From a virus (taxonomy: Duplodnaviria > Caudoviricetes): 64,000 nucleotides of DNA. The stretch covers positions 9,563-73,562 of the IMG/VR virus record IMGVR_UViG_3300037418_002577. One strand, given 5' to 3'. Position numbers and translations under genes: made by a program. The notes under the pieces were generated by a model. The model searched no databases, was not told where the DNA came from, and worked only from the letters and a program-made list of their open reading frames with translations. Below, one piece after another: positions 39,724-49,033 of the stretch; the first letter of the stretch is position 1, and each line of letters opens with the position of its first letter.

Positions 39724-39989
39724 CTTGCACTGGATGCGGCAGCGCAGAACCGACGGTAACACCCGAAGGGAAAACCAGCCTCGATCATTTCCGGGAGCGA
39801 TTGGCAAGAATCGACGAGCCTTGCTCCTACCGCGGGGCAGTCCTTGAAATACGCCAGTGCGACCTCTGCGGGCTCCGCTCAGAGAAGTTTGAGGTCTACG
39901 CCTGCACGTTGCACCAGGAATGCTCGCTGCACGCGCGGCACTCCAAGGTGCGATCCTGTGTCGTCTGCTCGGATTGGTCGCCACCATGA
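39720..39989 (+). CDS. small Cys-rich protein
   Basis: ATGA overlap; CTGC, CDLC, CTLH and CVVC motifs. Confidence 0.6.
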   Translation: MTCTGCGSAEPTVTPEGKTSLDHFRERLARIDEPCSYRGAVLEIRQCDLCGLRSEKFEVYACTLHQECSLHARHSKVRSCVVCSDWSPP

Positions 39990-40082
39990 CCGGGCTTCCC
40001 AATTCCCGGTTCTCGCGGCATACTTGAAATCGGCCCCCAAGCCGTCCGCCTTCCCGGTTTTCTAAATCCCCGGAGGCGCGAC

Positions 40083-41354
40083 ATGGCGTTCAATCTTCAC
40101 CAACCGCTCAACCCGGAAGGGCCCTACGGCCCGTATACCCCCAAGCAGGTCCAACAAAACCTCGCCCCCACCCGGAGCCGGCTTCGATCCGGACTCCGGT
40201 TCGATCGGTCGGCCTTGGCTGCCAGTTACAACCAAGGGCTCGGCTCCCAGAACTTTCGCGGGGCGGTCAACATCCGGATTCCCTCGACGGCCCCGCTGGC
40301 GATGGGTCTCGGCCAGCGCATGCGTGCGAATAGCCCTGGCTCGCAGTTGCCGGTGGCACGGGCCGGTGCCGACCTCGGGGCCCGCAATTTCAATTCGATG
40401 ATGGGCCAAGCCAGCCCGGATGTGACCGCGGCGAACGACACGGCGATCGCCCGGCAGCGGACCATTGCGGCGAACCCGATGATGCACCTGGCCGGCAGTT
40501 CGCAAGCGGGGCTCGCTGGACGCATGGCTCGGCTGGCTGCGGCTCGGCGACCGGTTGGTGGAGGCGGAGGCTATGAACCGCCCGATCCCTTTGCCGGCGG
40601 CGATGGTCCGATTCTCCAGAGCCCGCGCTTCAACTCGCCCAACTCGGTTCGGGCGAGGGTCAGTTCTCCAACCGCCGCCCCCTTCACGGTGCAACGCCCA
40701 ATGATGGACGCGGCCAGTCCGTCCAATTACAAGGCAGGCGACAAGCACAACCACGTCTCTCACGGCGGCGGATCGTTCAACATGAACGTCGTCGACCTGC
40801 CGGCCGAGGTGATCGCCGGCTACCGGAATCGCTCGAACGCCAAGGCCGCGGCGCGAACTGACGCGGGCCGACAGAACATGATGGCCCGCGCGACGCTCCG
40901 GCAGTACCTCGCCAATCCCGCGGCGGCCGGCGCGTTCGGCGACGTTCCCGCGATGGCGGCGGGTGGCGGATTCGGAGGGGGGTCGCGCGGCGGCTATGGA
41001 GCGGCCGGGATGGCGGATGTGATGCGGAAGCGCCAAGACGACCTCATGTTGCACACCGGCGCTTACCATGTAGCGATGCAAAAGGGCGAACTCCCCCCCG
41101 GTCTGACGCTGCAGCAGTACCTGGGGGCGACCGCCGGAATCGGCGCGATGGGTGGCCAGCAGATGCCGGTTGGCGGAGCCTTGCCAAGGAACATGCAGTT
41201 CCCCGTTGCCCAGCCATTTCCGATCGCTGAACCTGCGTCTGTCACCATGAAGCGAAAGGCTCAACAGGCGGCGGCAGTGCGCGCGGCGAATGCGGCTGGC
41301 TATTTCAATGACCAGCCGCCAGCGTGGTCACAAGGAATGGGTTTCGGCTTCTGA
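40083..41354 (+). CDS. putative internal virion/ejection protein
   Basis: GGAGG RBS; Gly/Ala/Met-rich, low complexity; end of the tail module. Confidence 0.55.
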   Translation: MAFNLHQPLNPEGPYGPYTPKQVQQNLAPTRSRLRSGLRFDRSALAASYNQGLGSQNFRGAVNIRIPSTAPLAMGLGQRMRANSPGSQLPVARAGADLGARNFNSMMGQASPDVTAANDTAIARQRTIAANPMMHLAGSSQAGLAGRMARLAAARRPVGGGGGYEPPDPFAGGDGPILQSPRFNSPNSVRARVSSPTAAPFTVQRPMMDAASPSNYKAGDKHNHVSHGGGSFNMNVVDLPAEVIAGYRNRSNAKAAARTDAGRQNMMARATLRQYLANPAAAGAFGDVPAMAAGGGFGGGSRGGYGAAGMADVMRKRQDDLMLHTGAYHVAMQKGELPPGLTLQQYLGATAGIGAMGGQQMPVGGALPRNMQFPVAQPFPIAEPASVTMKRKAQQAAAVRAANAAGYFNDQPPAWSQGMGFGF

Positions 41355-41402
41355 GATCCCCACGAATAATCCGCAGCGTTCGCTTTTAGTTCAAGGGAAG
41401 CC

Positions 41403-44400
41403 ATGCCCATTCAGAACCCACAAGACCGCCTCAACCGCCGCCTCAACCGAATCCGAGGGGGGCGCGGCCGCACCGCGACGAAGATCGCCCCGGCTGAGGA
41501 TGAGTCGATGTTCCACGCCCTCGGGCGCAAGACGCTCGGGGCGCTCGGCAAGGCGGGGAATCTACTCGACACGATCGGCGGGACGACACGCACCGCCCTG
41601 GCCGGCGAGAACCCGCTGGCCGCCGCCGCAAATCCCCTGAGCGGGGAGCACCGGGTAAGCGGCCTTGATCTGCTGACCAAGTACGCGCCCGGTCTGGTCG
41701 GCACGAACGACCCGAAGAAGTGGGAACTCGGCGACGTCGGCCGCGGGCTCGCAGGATTTGCGACCGAAGTCGCCACAGATCCGATGACCTACGTCACCCT
41801 CGGGGGATCGGCCGTCTTGAAGGGCGGCGTGCGAGGCCTGGCGCACATCGGAATCCCGTTCACCAAGATCGGGAAGGTGGTCGGCACCGGACGCGTGGGG
41901 CAGAAGATCGTCGGGGCGGGCCGTGCCGTCAAGAATGCGGCGGCCTACGGCAACATCCCCGGCACGAAGCGTTCCCCCGGCCGGGCTCTTGCCCAGGCTT
42001 TCGACTCTCGAGTACTCGAGACGGCGACCCCTGAGTTCCAGCGGGCAACTCGAGCCAGGGCCGGCGCGGCTGACGCTGCACAGGCGGCCGAGCGAATGCA
42101 GGTTGCGAAGTGGACCACCGCGTTCCATCGGGCACACGAAGCCGGGATCGTCAACGCCCACGATTCGGCGGCCGTGCGGCGGATACTCGAGGGAGTCGAT
42201 GCCGTTCCCCCGGAACTCAAACAGACGGTCAATGAGATCCACAGCCATTTGGCCTCCCGGCAGCGCGAGTACACCCGGCGCGGGATCAAGGCCCCGGTCC
42301 TCGACGACATCGTGAACTATATCCCGCGGCAGTTGAGCAGCATGGCCACCGGGCCGCGTACCAGCGGATTGTCGCCCAACACGTTCGCCGCGGTCGAGCC
42401 GAGCCAAAAAGCCCGCAAGATGTTTCTGAAGGGGATTCCCGGCGGCACCGACCCGATCACCCGTCTTGGGCGCGACCCCGTGCTCAACGACATGATCGAG
42501 AAGAATGTCGGCAAGATTCAAATCGCGCGGCACATCAAGAAGAATTACCCCGAGATCCCGGTTTCCTACAACCGAAAACTGAAGGCCGGCGAGTATGGGC
42601 CGCCCAAGCCGAAAAGCCGCGTCCGGGCCTTGGCGACCTGGCTCAAGGAAGGCGTCTCGAAAGAAACCCGCCAATCGGGGATCTTCGGCAATACGCCGCT
42701 GCATGACATCCTGACCCACCGCTCACGAGTCGCCGATCGGCTGCACAACGTCGATACCGTGTACGACGTGCTCTCCCAGGCGGCCCAGCCGATGCGGATG
42801 CAGTCGAAGTCGCAGAACATGGTGCGGCTCGACAAGGTGTTCCGGGCGCTCAAGCTCGCGCCGGGGAAGATTGGATCGGGCGGCTGGATCCAGCAGATCG
42901 GAAACCGCAACCCGGCGCTGGCTGCGGAGATGCTTCGGGCGAAAAGCCCCTTTGCGTTCGCCAAGACGCTGCACGTTCCGCGCGCGCTGGCCGAGGACGC
43001 GCTGCGTACCCGCAAGGGGCTGCGGCTCCCCGCCGCCGTCGGCCCCGTGATGCAAGGGATCGACTCCCTGACGAACGTCACCAAGGCCGGGTTGACCGGG
43101 CCGTTCGCCAGCTTCCACGCCCGCAACCGACTGTCGGGCGCCGTGAAGAATGCGACCGAGGGGTTGCTGCGGAGTCCCAAGTCAGAATTGGACGCCGGCA
43201 CCCTTCTGCGCGGCGGCAGCCTGCCGGGAGTCGAGCAGATCCCGGAAGTCGCCAACATCCTCCAGAGCCGGGGGTTGCCGATCACCAACGCGAACGCGAC
43301 CGACGTGTTCCGCCAACTCGCCTTTTCGCACGGGCTCTCGCAAAGCCACCTGGGGGAAGCGGCCGCCCGGATCGGAGGCGCGCCGGAAGGGAGTTCCTTC
43401 CAATCACTCTCGAGCCAACTCCCCGGCATCGGCGGCGGCTTTCGCTGGAAGGATGTCGCCAAGCAGGCGATCGGCGCGACCCCGACGACCACCGTCAACC
43501 CGCTCAAGGGGACCGTCCGCGGCGGATTCAACGCCACCCCGGAATCCAGCTTCGGACCGGTCAAGGCCGGCGAGACCCTGGGGAATTACGTCGAGGGATT
43601 GAACCGCCTCTCCCCGCTGCTCGACGAGATGCGGCGCGGCGTGCCGAGTGCTGAGGCCGCCCGCAAGATTAAGTCCGCTCAGGTGGACTATTCCGCGAAA
43701 GCCTATACCCCGTTCGAGCGCGACGTCTTAACCCGCGTCATGCCGTTCTATAAGTTTCAGAAAGGATCTACTGTCCATCTGGCAAAGGAGTTAGCGTCTA
43801 AGCCTGGAGGCGCGACGGCTCAACTCATGAGAGCCACAAACAAACTACGTGGCGATCAGAATCAGCCGCTCCCTGAGTATGTCGGGGACACGGCGGCGAT
43901 CCCTTTGCCCGGTGCTCATGCGGACGGAACGCGGTCCTATCTGACGGGCCTGGGCCTAATGCACGAATCCCCCCTGGAGTTCGCCGGCGGCAACCCGCTG
44001 CTCGAAGCCGTCTCCCGCGCGAACCCGCTCTTGAAGGGTCCGATCGAGGCGGCGTTCGGCCAGAGCGCCTTCCAGAAGTCGGCGGAAGGGGGCCGCCCCT
44101 TGACCGACATGGACCCGCTGGCCGGCCGGCTGCTGGCGAACCTTACGGGACGAGACGAGCCGTACCGGATCAATCCGCTGCTCGAGCATGTCCTGGCCAA
44201 CTCGCCCCTGTCTCGGGCGCTGACGACTGCTAAGACGCTCACTGATCGTCGTCCCTCTGCGACACTCGTCAAGAAAGCGCTCAACCTCGGGACCGGCCTG
44301 CGGATCACCGACGTCTCGCCAGCCAGCCAGGAGAAGGTGCTGCGCGAAAAGTTGAACGAAGAGATGCACGCGCTTGGCGGACGGAACTTCAACGAGGTGT

Positions 44401-44546
44401 ATCTCCCTGAATCTCGCATGAAGAATATGAGCACGAGCGAACTTCAATACGTGCAACAACTTAAGAAGATGAATGCACTCTTAGGTAAGAAGGCTCGCAC
44501 CCGAGCTAAGACGAAAAAGCAGAAAAAAGTAGCAATCCCCTCTTGA
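41403..44546 (+). CDS. large putative DNA ejection/internal virion protein
   Basis: 1047 aa, basic and helical; 'TPFERDVLTRVMPFY' motif of large virion proteins. Confidence 0.6.
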   Translation: MPIQNPQDRLNRRLNRIRGGRGRTATKIAPAEDESMFHALGRKTLGALGKAGNLLDTIGGTTRTALAGENPLAAAANPLSGEHRVSGLDLLTKYAPGLVGTNDPKKWELGDVGRGLAGFATEVATDPMTYVTLGGSAVLKGGVRGLAHIGIPFTKIGKVVGTGRVGQKIVGAGRAVKNAAAYGNIPGTKRSPGRALAQAFDSRVLETATPEFQRATRARAGAADAAQAAERMQVAKWTTAFHRAHEAGIVNAHDSAAVRRILEGVDAVPPELKQTVNEIHSHLASRQREYTRRGIKAPVLDDIVNYIPRQLSSMATGPRTSGLSPNTFAAVEPSQKARKMFLKGIPGGTDPITRLGRDPVLNDMIEKNVGKIQIARHIKKNYPEIPVSYNRKLKAGEYGPPKPKSRVRALATWLKEGVSKETRQSGIFGNTPLHDILTHRSRVADRLHNVDTVYDVLSQAAQPMRMQSKSQNMVRLDKVFRALKLAPGKIGSGGWIQQIGNRNPALAAEMLRAKSPFAFAKTLHVPRALAEDALRTRKGLRLPAAVGPVMQGIDSLTNVTKAGLTGPFASFHARNRLSGAVKNATEGLLRSPKSELDAGTLLRGGSLPGVEQIPEVANILQSRGLPITNANATDVFRQLAFSHGLSQSHLGEAAARIGGAPEGSSFQSLSSQLPGIGGGFRWKDVAKQAIGATPTTTVNPLKGTVRGGFNATPESSFGPVKAGETLGNYVEGLNRLSPLLDEMRRGVPSAEAARKIKSAQVDYSAKAYTPFERDVLTRVMPFYKFQKGSTVHLAKELASKPGGATAQLMRATNKLRGDQNQPLPEYVGDTAAIPLPGAHADGTRSYLTGLGLMHESPLEFAGGNPLLEAVSRANPLLKGPIEAAFGQSAFQKSAEGGRPLTDMDPLAGRLLANLTGRDEPYRINPLLEHVLANSPLSRALTTAKTLTDRRPSATLVKKALNLGTGLRITDVSPASQEKVLREKLNEEMHALGGRNFNEVYLPESRMKNMSTSELQYVQQLKKMNALLGKKARTRAKTKKQKKVAIPS

Positions 44547-44571
44547 CACTTGAAAAAAACCTAAGTAGCGT
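44543..44571 (+). promoter_or_regulatory. sigma70-type promoter
   Basis: TTGACA (44543-48), 17 nt, TAGCGT (44566-71). Confidence 0.55.
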
Positions 44572-44587
44572 TGGTGCATCGTCCGCC

Positions 44588-44697
44588 AAAAAAGCGGGCG
44601 GTGCAAACAACGTAGGCGTGACGGCCAAAACTGTCATTCCGAAATCTCTAGTTCGTGGAGTGCGAACAGAGCCGTTAATTGCACCGCCCGCTTTTTT
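44588..44697 (+). ncRNA. candidate structured leader/sRNA closed by a 19-bp perfect inverted repeat
   Basis: AAAAAAGCGGGCGGTGCAA / TTGCACCGCCCGCTTTTTT enclosing two internal hairpins. Confidence 0.5.
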
Positions 44698-44721
44698 ATT
44701 TGGCACGACGGAGATTAAACG

Positions 44722-44979
44722 ATGGACGTCACTCAACTTTTTACGCAACTCGGCCCGTTCGTCGGACTTGTGGTTGTGATCGGAATGGCGCTGTGGAAGT
44801 GTGCGACGTGGTTCGCCCCCCGTGTCGACAAGGTGGTCGACGGGCATGTGGAATACCTGCAATCGTCGAAAAAGGTGATGGAGTCACAGGCCGCCACGCT
44901 GACGGAGTTGAGTGCGATGGTCGGCGATATTCACAACCGGGTCATCGTGACCGGCTGTAGCCAAAACCAACGAGCATAA
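44722..44979 (+). CDS. holin-like small membrane protein
   Basis: N-terminal TM 'FVGLVVVIGMALW' plus coiled coil; GGAG RBS; position after the virion genes. Confidence 0.55.
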   Translation: MDVTQLFTQLGPFVGLVVVIGMALWKCATWFAPRVDKVVDGHVEYLQSSKKVMESQAATLTELSAMVGDIHNRVIVTGCSQNQRA

Positions 44980-44990
44980 AAGGAAACGCC

Positions 44991-45308
44991 TTGACCAATC
45001 ATTTCACCCCTCCTCCGCCGCAAGCGCCCGTGGAATTCGCGATGGCCGACCAGTTGCTCTTGCAACTGCGTCGGTTTTCCCCGTTGGGGCGCGAGGTGCT
45101 GGCGCATCGGATGGGTTGCACGGAGGTCAAGGTGGTGGGCCTGTTGGCTCGGCAGATTCAAGACCTGCGGGTCGAGGAACATTCGAGGCGCTACCAATTG
45201 ACGCCGCTGGGTCGCCGGGTTGCGAATGAAGTCGCGGCCCGGTCAGGCAACCCGGCGATCGCGGCGGTGTCGGTGGGAGCGTTTCAGGCGAGCTTGCTTT
45301 GCGGCTGA
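44991..45308 (+). CDS. possible winged-helix protein
   Basis: C-terminal 'YQLTPLGRRVA' wing pattern; AAGGA RBS. Confidence 0.45.
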   Translation: MTNHFTPPPPQAPVEFAMADQLLLQLRRFSPLGREVLAHRMGCTEVKVVGLLARQIQDLRVEEHSRRYQLTPLGRRVANEVAARSGNPAIAAVSVGAFQASLLCG

Positions 45309-45352
45309 ATGGGTACGAAGTTTCCCCAAGTCTTATAAACATGGAGTGCGTT

Positions 45353-45847
45353 GTGGCCAAGAAAAGCGGTTACATCCCGGCGTTTGTGAAGGCGAAGATC
45401 CTCGCCAACAAGATCTCAAAGCAAGCGCCCAAGTCGAAGCCAGGCAAGGTCACGTATCCCGACTCCTACAGCGAGTTCGAGATTCAATCGTTCCTGCACA
45501 CGGCCCTACGCGAGAAGGGCTACGACGCCCGCGGCGAAGTGCGAACGACAACCGGCAAGTCGCGTTTCGACATCGTCATCTTCGAGCAGAAGAAGGCCGT
45601 GCGGATCATCGAGATCAAGAAGGGGAAGGTCGGCGGCCACACGAAAAAGAAACACGAGCAGTCTCAGTTGCTCGCCCAGGAACTGCAGATCGAAAAGTAT
45701 CGGCAACACGGGCTCCCCGTTCATCACATCCTCGGAATGGATGCGGCGGTCGAGTATGTTGCTGGAATGCCTGACCTGGAAGCGCCTGCCGTGCGGCAAA
45801 GGAGAGTGGTCGCCGAGATGTTTACCTCGCAGTGCTGTATCGCTTGA
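45353..45847 (+). CDS. PD-(D/E)XK-type endonuclease-like protein
   Basis: 'SEFEIQ...RFDIVIF...IIEIKK' (E...D...ExK). Confidence 0.65.
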   Translation: MAKKSGYIPAFVKAKILANKISKQAPKSKPGKVTYPDSYSEFEIQSFLHTALREKGYDARGEVRTTTGKSRFDIVIFEQKKAVRIIEIKKGKVGGHTKKKHEQSQLLAQELQIEKYRQHGLPVHHILGMDAAVEYVAGMPDLEAPAVRQRRVVAEMFTSQCCIA

Positions 45848-46310
45848 AGATTGCGGTGGTGTGAAGTGAGGTCCAAAGAACGCAAAAACCGCCTGCCCCG
45901 GAAAGGTAGCGGTTTCGGCGTCGAGGTCAGTCTGGGGGGAATTATAACCCTCCTCGGTTATGTTTGCAAGAACTTTTACCGCTGAAAAGAACTTGAGGCC
46001 CTCTAAAGGGGCCGGTTGTGCTGGGTTAAATCCTCCCCAGTGAAAAGGTCGGATTGTGAAAGCAGCTTCCGCACGGCGGTTTCCCAGGCAACGGGCAGGT
46101 AGTTGATCCTGCGTCGAGAGATACGTCCTGGTCCAAATGTGATAACGCGAACAAAAAGCTGCAGCGAAGCGATCGAGGCCCTTTCCTCACAGACAGCCAA
46201 CAAGAACTGATCGAACGCAAGAGACGAGGGACACCTGGATTCTTGGGCTAAAGCCCTAAGGATCACAGGGGAATCTCGCATGGGATAACGAGTTTTTACA
46301 GGCCATAGAA

Positions 46311-46895
46311 ATGAACCAAACCGACATCCGCGCCCTGTTCGTCCGAGAGTGGCACATTGTCATCGGCGGCTTCCAGCAAGACCTCGGGACTTACTCGGGA
46401 ATGCGTCACGTCTGGCGGGGCCTGCACCGTTTCGCGGGGGACGAGATTGCGGTGGTGTTCTACCCCTGGCGCGCGGACTGGAAGCAACTGGCCGAGTTGA
46501 TCTCTCAGATGCGGCCCGCGGACGGGAAGCCGGTGGTCAAGATTTACGCTTACTCTTGGGGCTGTGGGCACGGCTTCACGAAACTGGCGGCCGAGCTCGG
46601 TAAGCGAAACATCGACGTGGCAGCCGCTGTCTTGTCTGACCCGGTGTTCTACTCGTCGTTCCTGTCGACGCGGTTTCTGGCGTTCGCTCCGAACTGGCCG
46701 ATCCGCGTCCCGGAGACAGTGAGGCATGTCGAGGTGTTCCGGCAGAACTTTGAGTTGCTGCGTGGGCATCGGCTGGCGTGGAACCCGGAGACGACCACGG
46801 TGGTTGAGCACGTTCCGCCCGCGCACATTTCGCACACGGAGATGGACGATCTCCAGGCGTTCTGGGATCGGTGCCAGGAAATCGCGAAGGAATAG
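46311..46895 (+). CDS. alpha/beta-hydrolase-like esterase
   Basis: Nucleophile elbow 'YAYSWGCG', 'LSDPV', C-terminal His in 'HISHTEMD'. Confidence 0.6.
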   Translation: MNQTDIRALFVREWHIVIGGFQQDLGTYSGMRHVWRGLHRFAGDEIAVVFYPWRADWKQLAELISQMRPADGKPVVKIYAYSWGCGHGFTKLAAELGKRNIDVAAAVLSDPVFYSSFLSTRFLAFAPNWPIRVPETVRHVEVFRQNFELLRGHRLAWNPETTTVVEHVPPAHISHTEMDDLQAFWDRCQEIAKE

Positions 46896-46905
46896 CGAGG
46901 AAATC

Positions 46906-47988
46906 ATGCGGCGAATGAAACGAGATTCGATCGAGGTGCTGCTGTGGTGCGGGCTGGGGGCCTTCATTGCGATCTGGATGCTGACGATCAGCGCGGTCAG
47001 CGCGAAGGGGGCCGAGAGCGGTTCCCATGCGGCGTCGACGGTGATCGTGCGGCAGAAGGTGCGGTCGTGCTTCCAGGGGCAAGCCTGCAGCGAGACGGCG
47101 GAGTCGGGGACCGGCACGATCATCGGCACAGTCGATGGAGATCCCAACCATTACGTGGTCGTCACGGCCCGGCACTGTATCGATAAGGGGCCGGTGTCGG
47201 TGCGGACGGCGGACGGCTGGTTCCCGATCGAGAGCAAGCGGCTGCATCCGTCGCTCGATTGCGGCTTCGTGACGTTCTACTCGAAGCGCTCGTACCCGAT
47301 TGCGGCGGTCGATGAGTCGGATCCGGCTGTGGGCGAGTCCGCGAGTTGGCTCGGTTATCCGCGGGACAACTGGCTGCGAAATTCCTCCGGGTCGATCGAG
47401 TCGATCAACGGCAACATCCAGATCACCGGGCGGTCGCTCCACGGCGAGAGCGGCGGCGGCGTTTACGTGCGGGGTTGCTTGTGCGGGGTGGTCTGGGGGA
47501 CGGACGATCGAAGTTGTTTCGCAACGCCGTTCGGCCCGTTCTGCCGCTGGGTCCGGAGGGAGCGGTATGCGATCCGATTCGGCGGCGAGGTTCCGCCTCC
47601 GCCCTCAGTTGCCGAGAAGCCGGTGCCTCTGCCCCTGCCTGCGAAGCCGGTGAACGCGACCGATTTGACGCCGGTCCTTTCGGTGTTGGAGACGATCAGC
47701 GCGCGGTTGACGCTGCTCGAATCGCGGCCGGCGGCGGCTGGCCCCCCGGGCGAGCGTGGTCCTCCGGGGCTCCGCGGCGAGCCCGGCCCGGCTGGTCCGG
47801 CGGGTCCGGCTGGATCGAGTGCATCCTCGGCGGCCGAGTTGGCCGAGTTGCGGCGGCGGCTAGGGAAGCTCGAGAGCACAGAGATCCCCGTCCATATCCT
47901 GAATCCCGACGGCAGCGTGAAGCTGTCGAAGAGTGTCCCGTTGGGGCAGCCGATCGAATTCCGGTTGCTGCCCGTGGCGAGTGAGTGA
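46906..47988 (+). CDS. membrane-anchored/secreted trypsin-like serine protease with collagen-like repeat
   Basis: N-terminal TM; catalytic triad 'VTARHC', 'LDCG', 'GESGGG'; (Gly-X-Y)n 'GPPGERGPPGLRGEPGPAGPAGPAGS'. Confidence 0.85.
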   Translation: MRRMKRDSIEVLLWCGLGAFIAIWMLTISAVSAKGAESGSHAASTVIVRQKVRSCFQGQACSETAESGTGTIIGTVDGDPNHYVVVTARHCIDKGPVSVRTADGWFPIESKRLHPSLDCGFVTFYSKRSYPIAAVDESDPAVGESASWLGYPRDNWLRNSSGSIESINGNIQITGRSLHGESGGGVYVRGCLCGVVWGTDDRSCFATPFGPFCRWVRRERYAIRFGGEVPPPPSVAEKPVPLPLPAKPVNATDLTPVLSVLETISARLTLLESRPAAAGPPGERGPPGLRGEPGPAGPAGPAGSSASSAAELAELRRRLGKLESTEIPVHILNPDGSVKLSKSVPLGQPIEFRLLPVASE

Positions 47989-48041
47989 GCCTGCCGGTTG
48001 TCCGGTGGGCCTGTTTTTGTTTCTGACGAAAGGACTGAATC

Positions 48042-48302
48042 ATGGCTGTTGTTGACCTTCCCGAAGCTGTCGCGAGCGCCCTGCAGACGCACACGATGAA
48101 CGGTGCGGCGCGGCAGGAGAACTCCGCCCGGTCGTTCACGGAGATGCTCCAGCATCAATACGCGAGCGGCCTGACGTTCCGCGATGCCGTCGCGGCCCGT
48201 ATCGCCCTTGAGTCGGGCAGCGGGCGGACCCGCGCCGAAACCAACGCGCCGAACGATACCTCGGCCGGTGGTTCCGGGACGACCCCCAAGGCTCCGGTGT
48301 AA
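48042..48302 (+). CDS. hypothetical protein
   Basis: AAGGA RBS. Confidence 0.7.
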   Translation: MAVVDLPEAVASALQTHTMNGAARQENSARSFTEMLQHQYASGLTFRDAVAARIALESGSGRTRAETNAPNDTSAGGSGTTPKAPV

Positions 48303-48604
48303 TGGCGAGCTTGGAAGCGGAAATGCGGTCGGCCGCAGTCGAGGCCGACTTGTCGATCGCACTTTCGGCCGCCCTGCAGGGGGCGTATCTCCTTGATACG
48401 CTTCCTGCGGACGCGGGCGCGCCGACTCATACGGCAGCGATCATCACCAAACAAGCGGAGGGGGCGCTGGCAGAATATGAACGACTCTCGAGACTCACTG
48501 CTGACTCCCGCCGAGAGACTGACGCATGGGCACACTCTGATGATGCTGGGGCACGCGCACTCGACGCTGGCACAGAATCGCCGGATGGTGGCCAACCAGA
48601 ATGA
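48302..48604 (+). CDS. hypothetical protein
   Basis: TAATG overlap with upstream stop; overlaps the next ORF. Confidence 0.4.
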   Translation: MASLEAEMRSAAVEADLSIALSAALQGAYLLDTLPADAGAPTHTAAIITKQAEGALAEYERLSRLTADSRRETDAWAHSDDAGARALDAGTESPDGGQPE

Positions 48605-48962
48605 CGTCGCGCTGAAGGCGATGGGCGGCGAATCAACCCACGGATCGGAGCCGGGAGTGGATGAAATGCTCGTCCTGGGGAATTACAACGTGACGCAGCA
48701 GTTGCACCCGTCGGCGGTTTCGGCTCCATCGCCGTCCGCCCCTGGGCCAGCCAATTCCAAACTCGGGACGCTGGCCAAGCTCGGGGTCGGAGCCGCGCTC
48801 CTGGCGACCGGGATCGGCGGCGGGGTTGGCGCGTCGTTGATCTTCAGTGCGTTGACGCAACGGCCATCGAATCCGCCGGTCGTGCGCCCCGTCCCCAAGC
48901 AATCGCAAACCCTGTTCGATCTGGACTTCGGTCCCGAGGTTGTTCCGCCTCCGCCGAGATGA
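48477..48962 (+). CDS. membrane protein
   Basis: TM segment 'LGVGAALLATGIGGGVGASLIFSAL'; start uncertain. Confidence 0.6.
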   Translation: MNDSRDSLLTPAERLTHGHTLMMLGHAHSTLAQNRRMVANQNDVALKAMGGESTHGSEPGVDEMLVLGNYNVTQQLHPSAVSAPSPSAPGPANSKLGTLAKLGVGAALLATGIGGGVGASLIFSALTQRPSNPPVVRPVPKQSQTLFDLDFGPEVVPPPPR

Positions 48963-49033
48963 ATCCTTTCGAGGGGCTGGTCCGCTTGGCACGATGCCGC
49001 GGGCCGGCCTTTTTCTATTCGAGGAGTAAAGCC

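Noticed and set aside
26502-44546. Diversity-generating retroelement or invertible tail-fibre cassette
   Set aside because: No reverse transcriptase, no template/variable repeat pair, and no flanking inverted repeats found by eye
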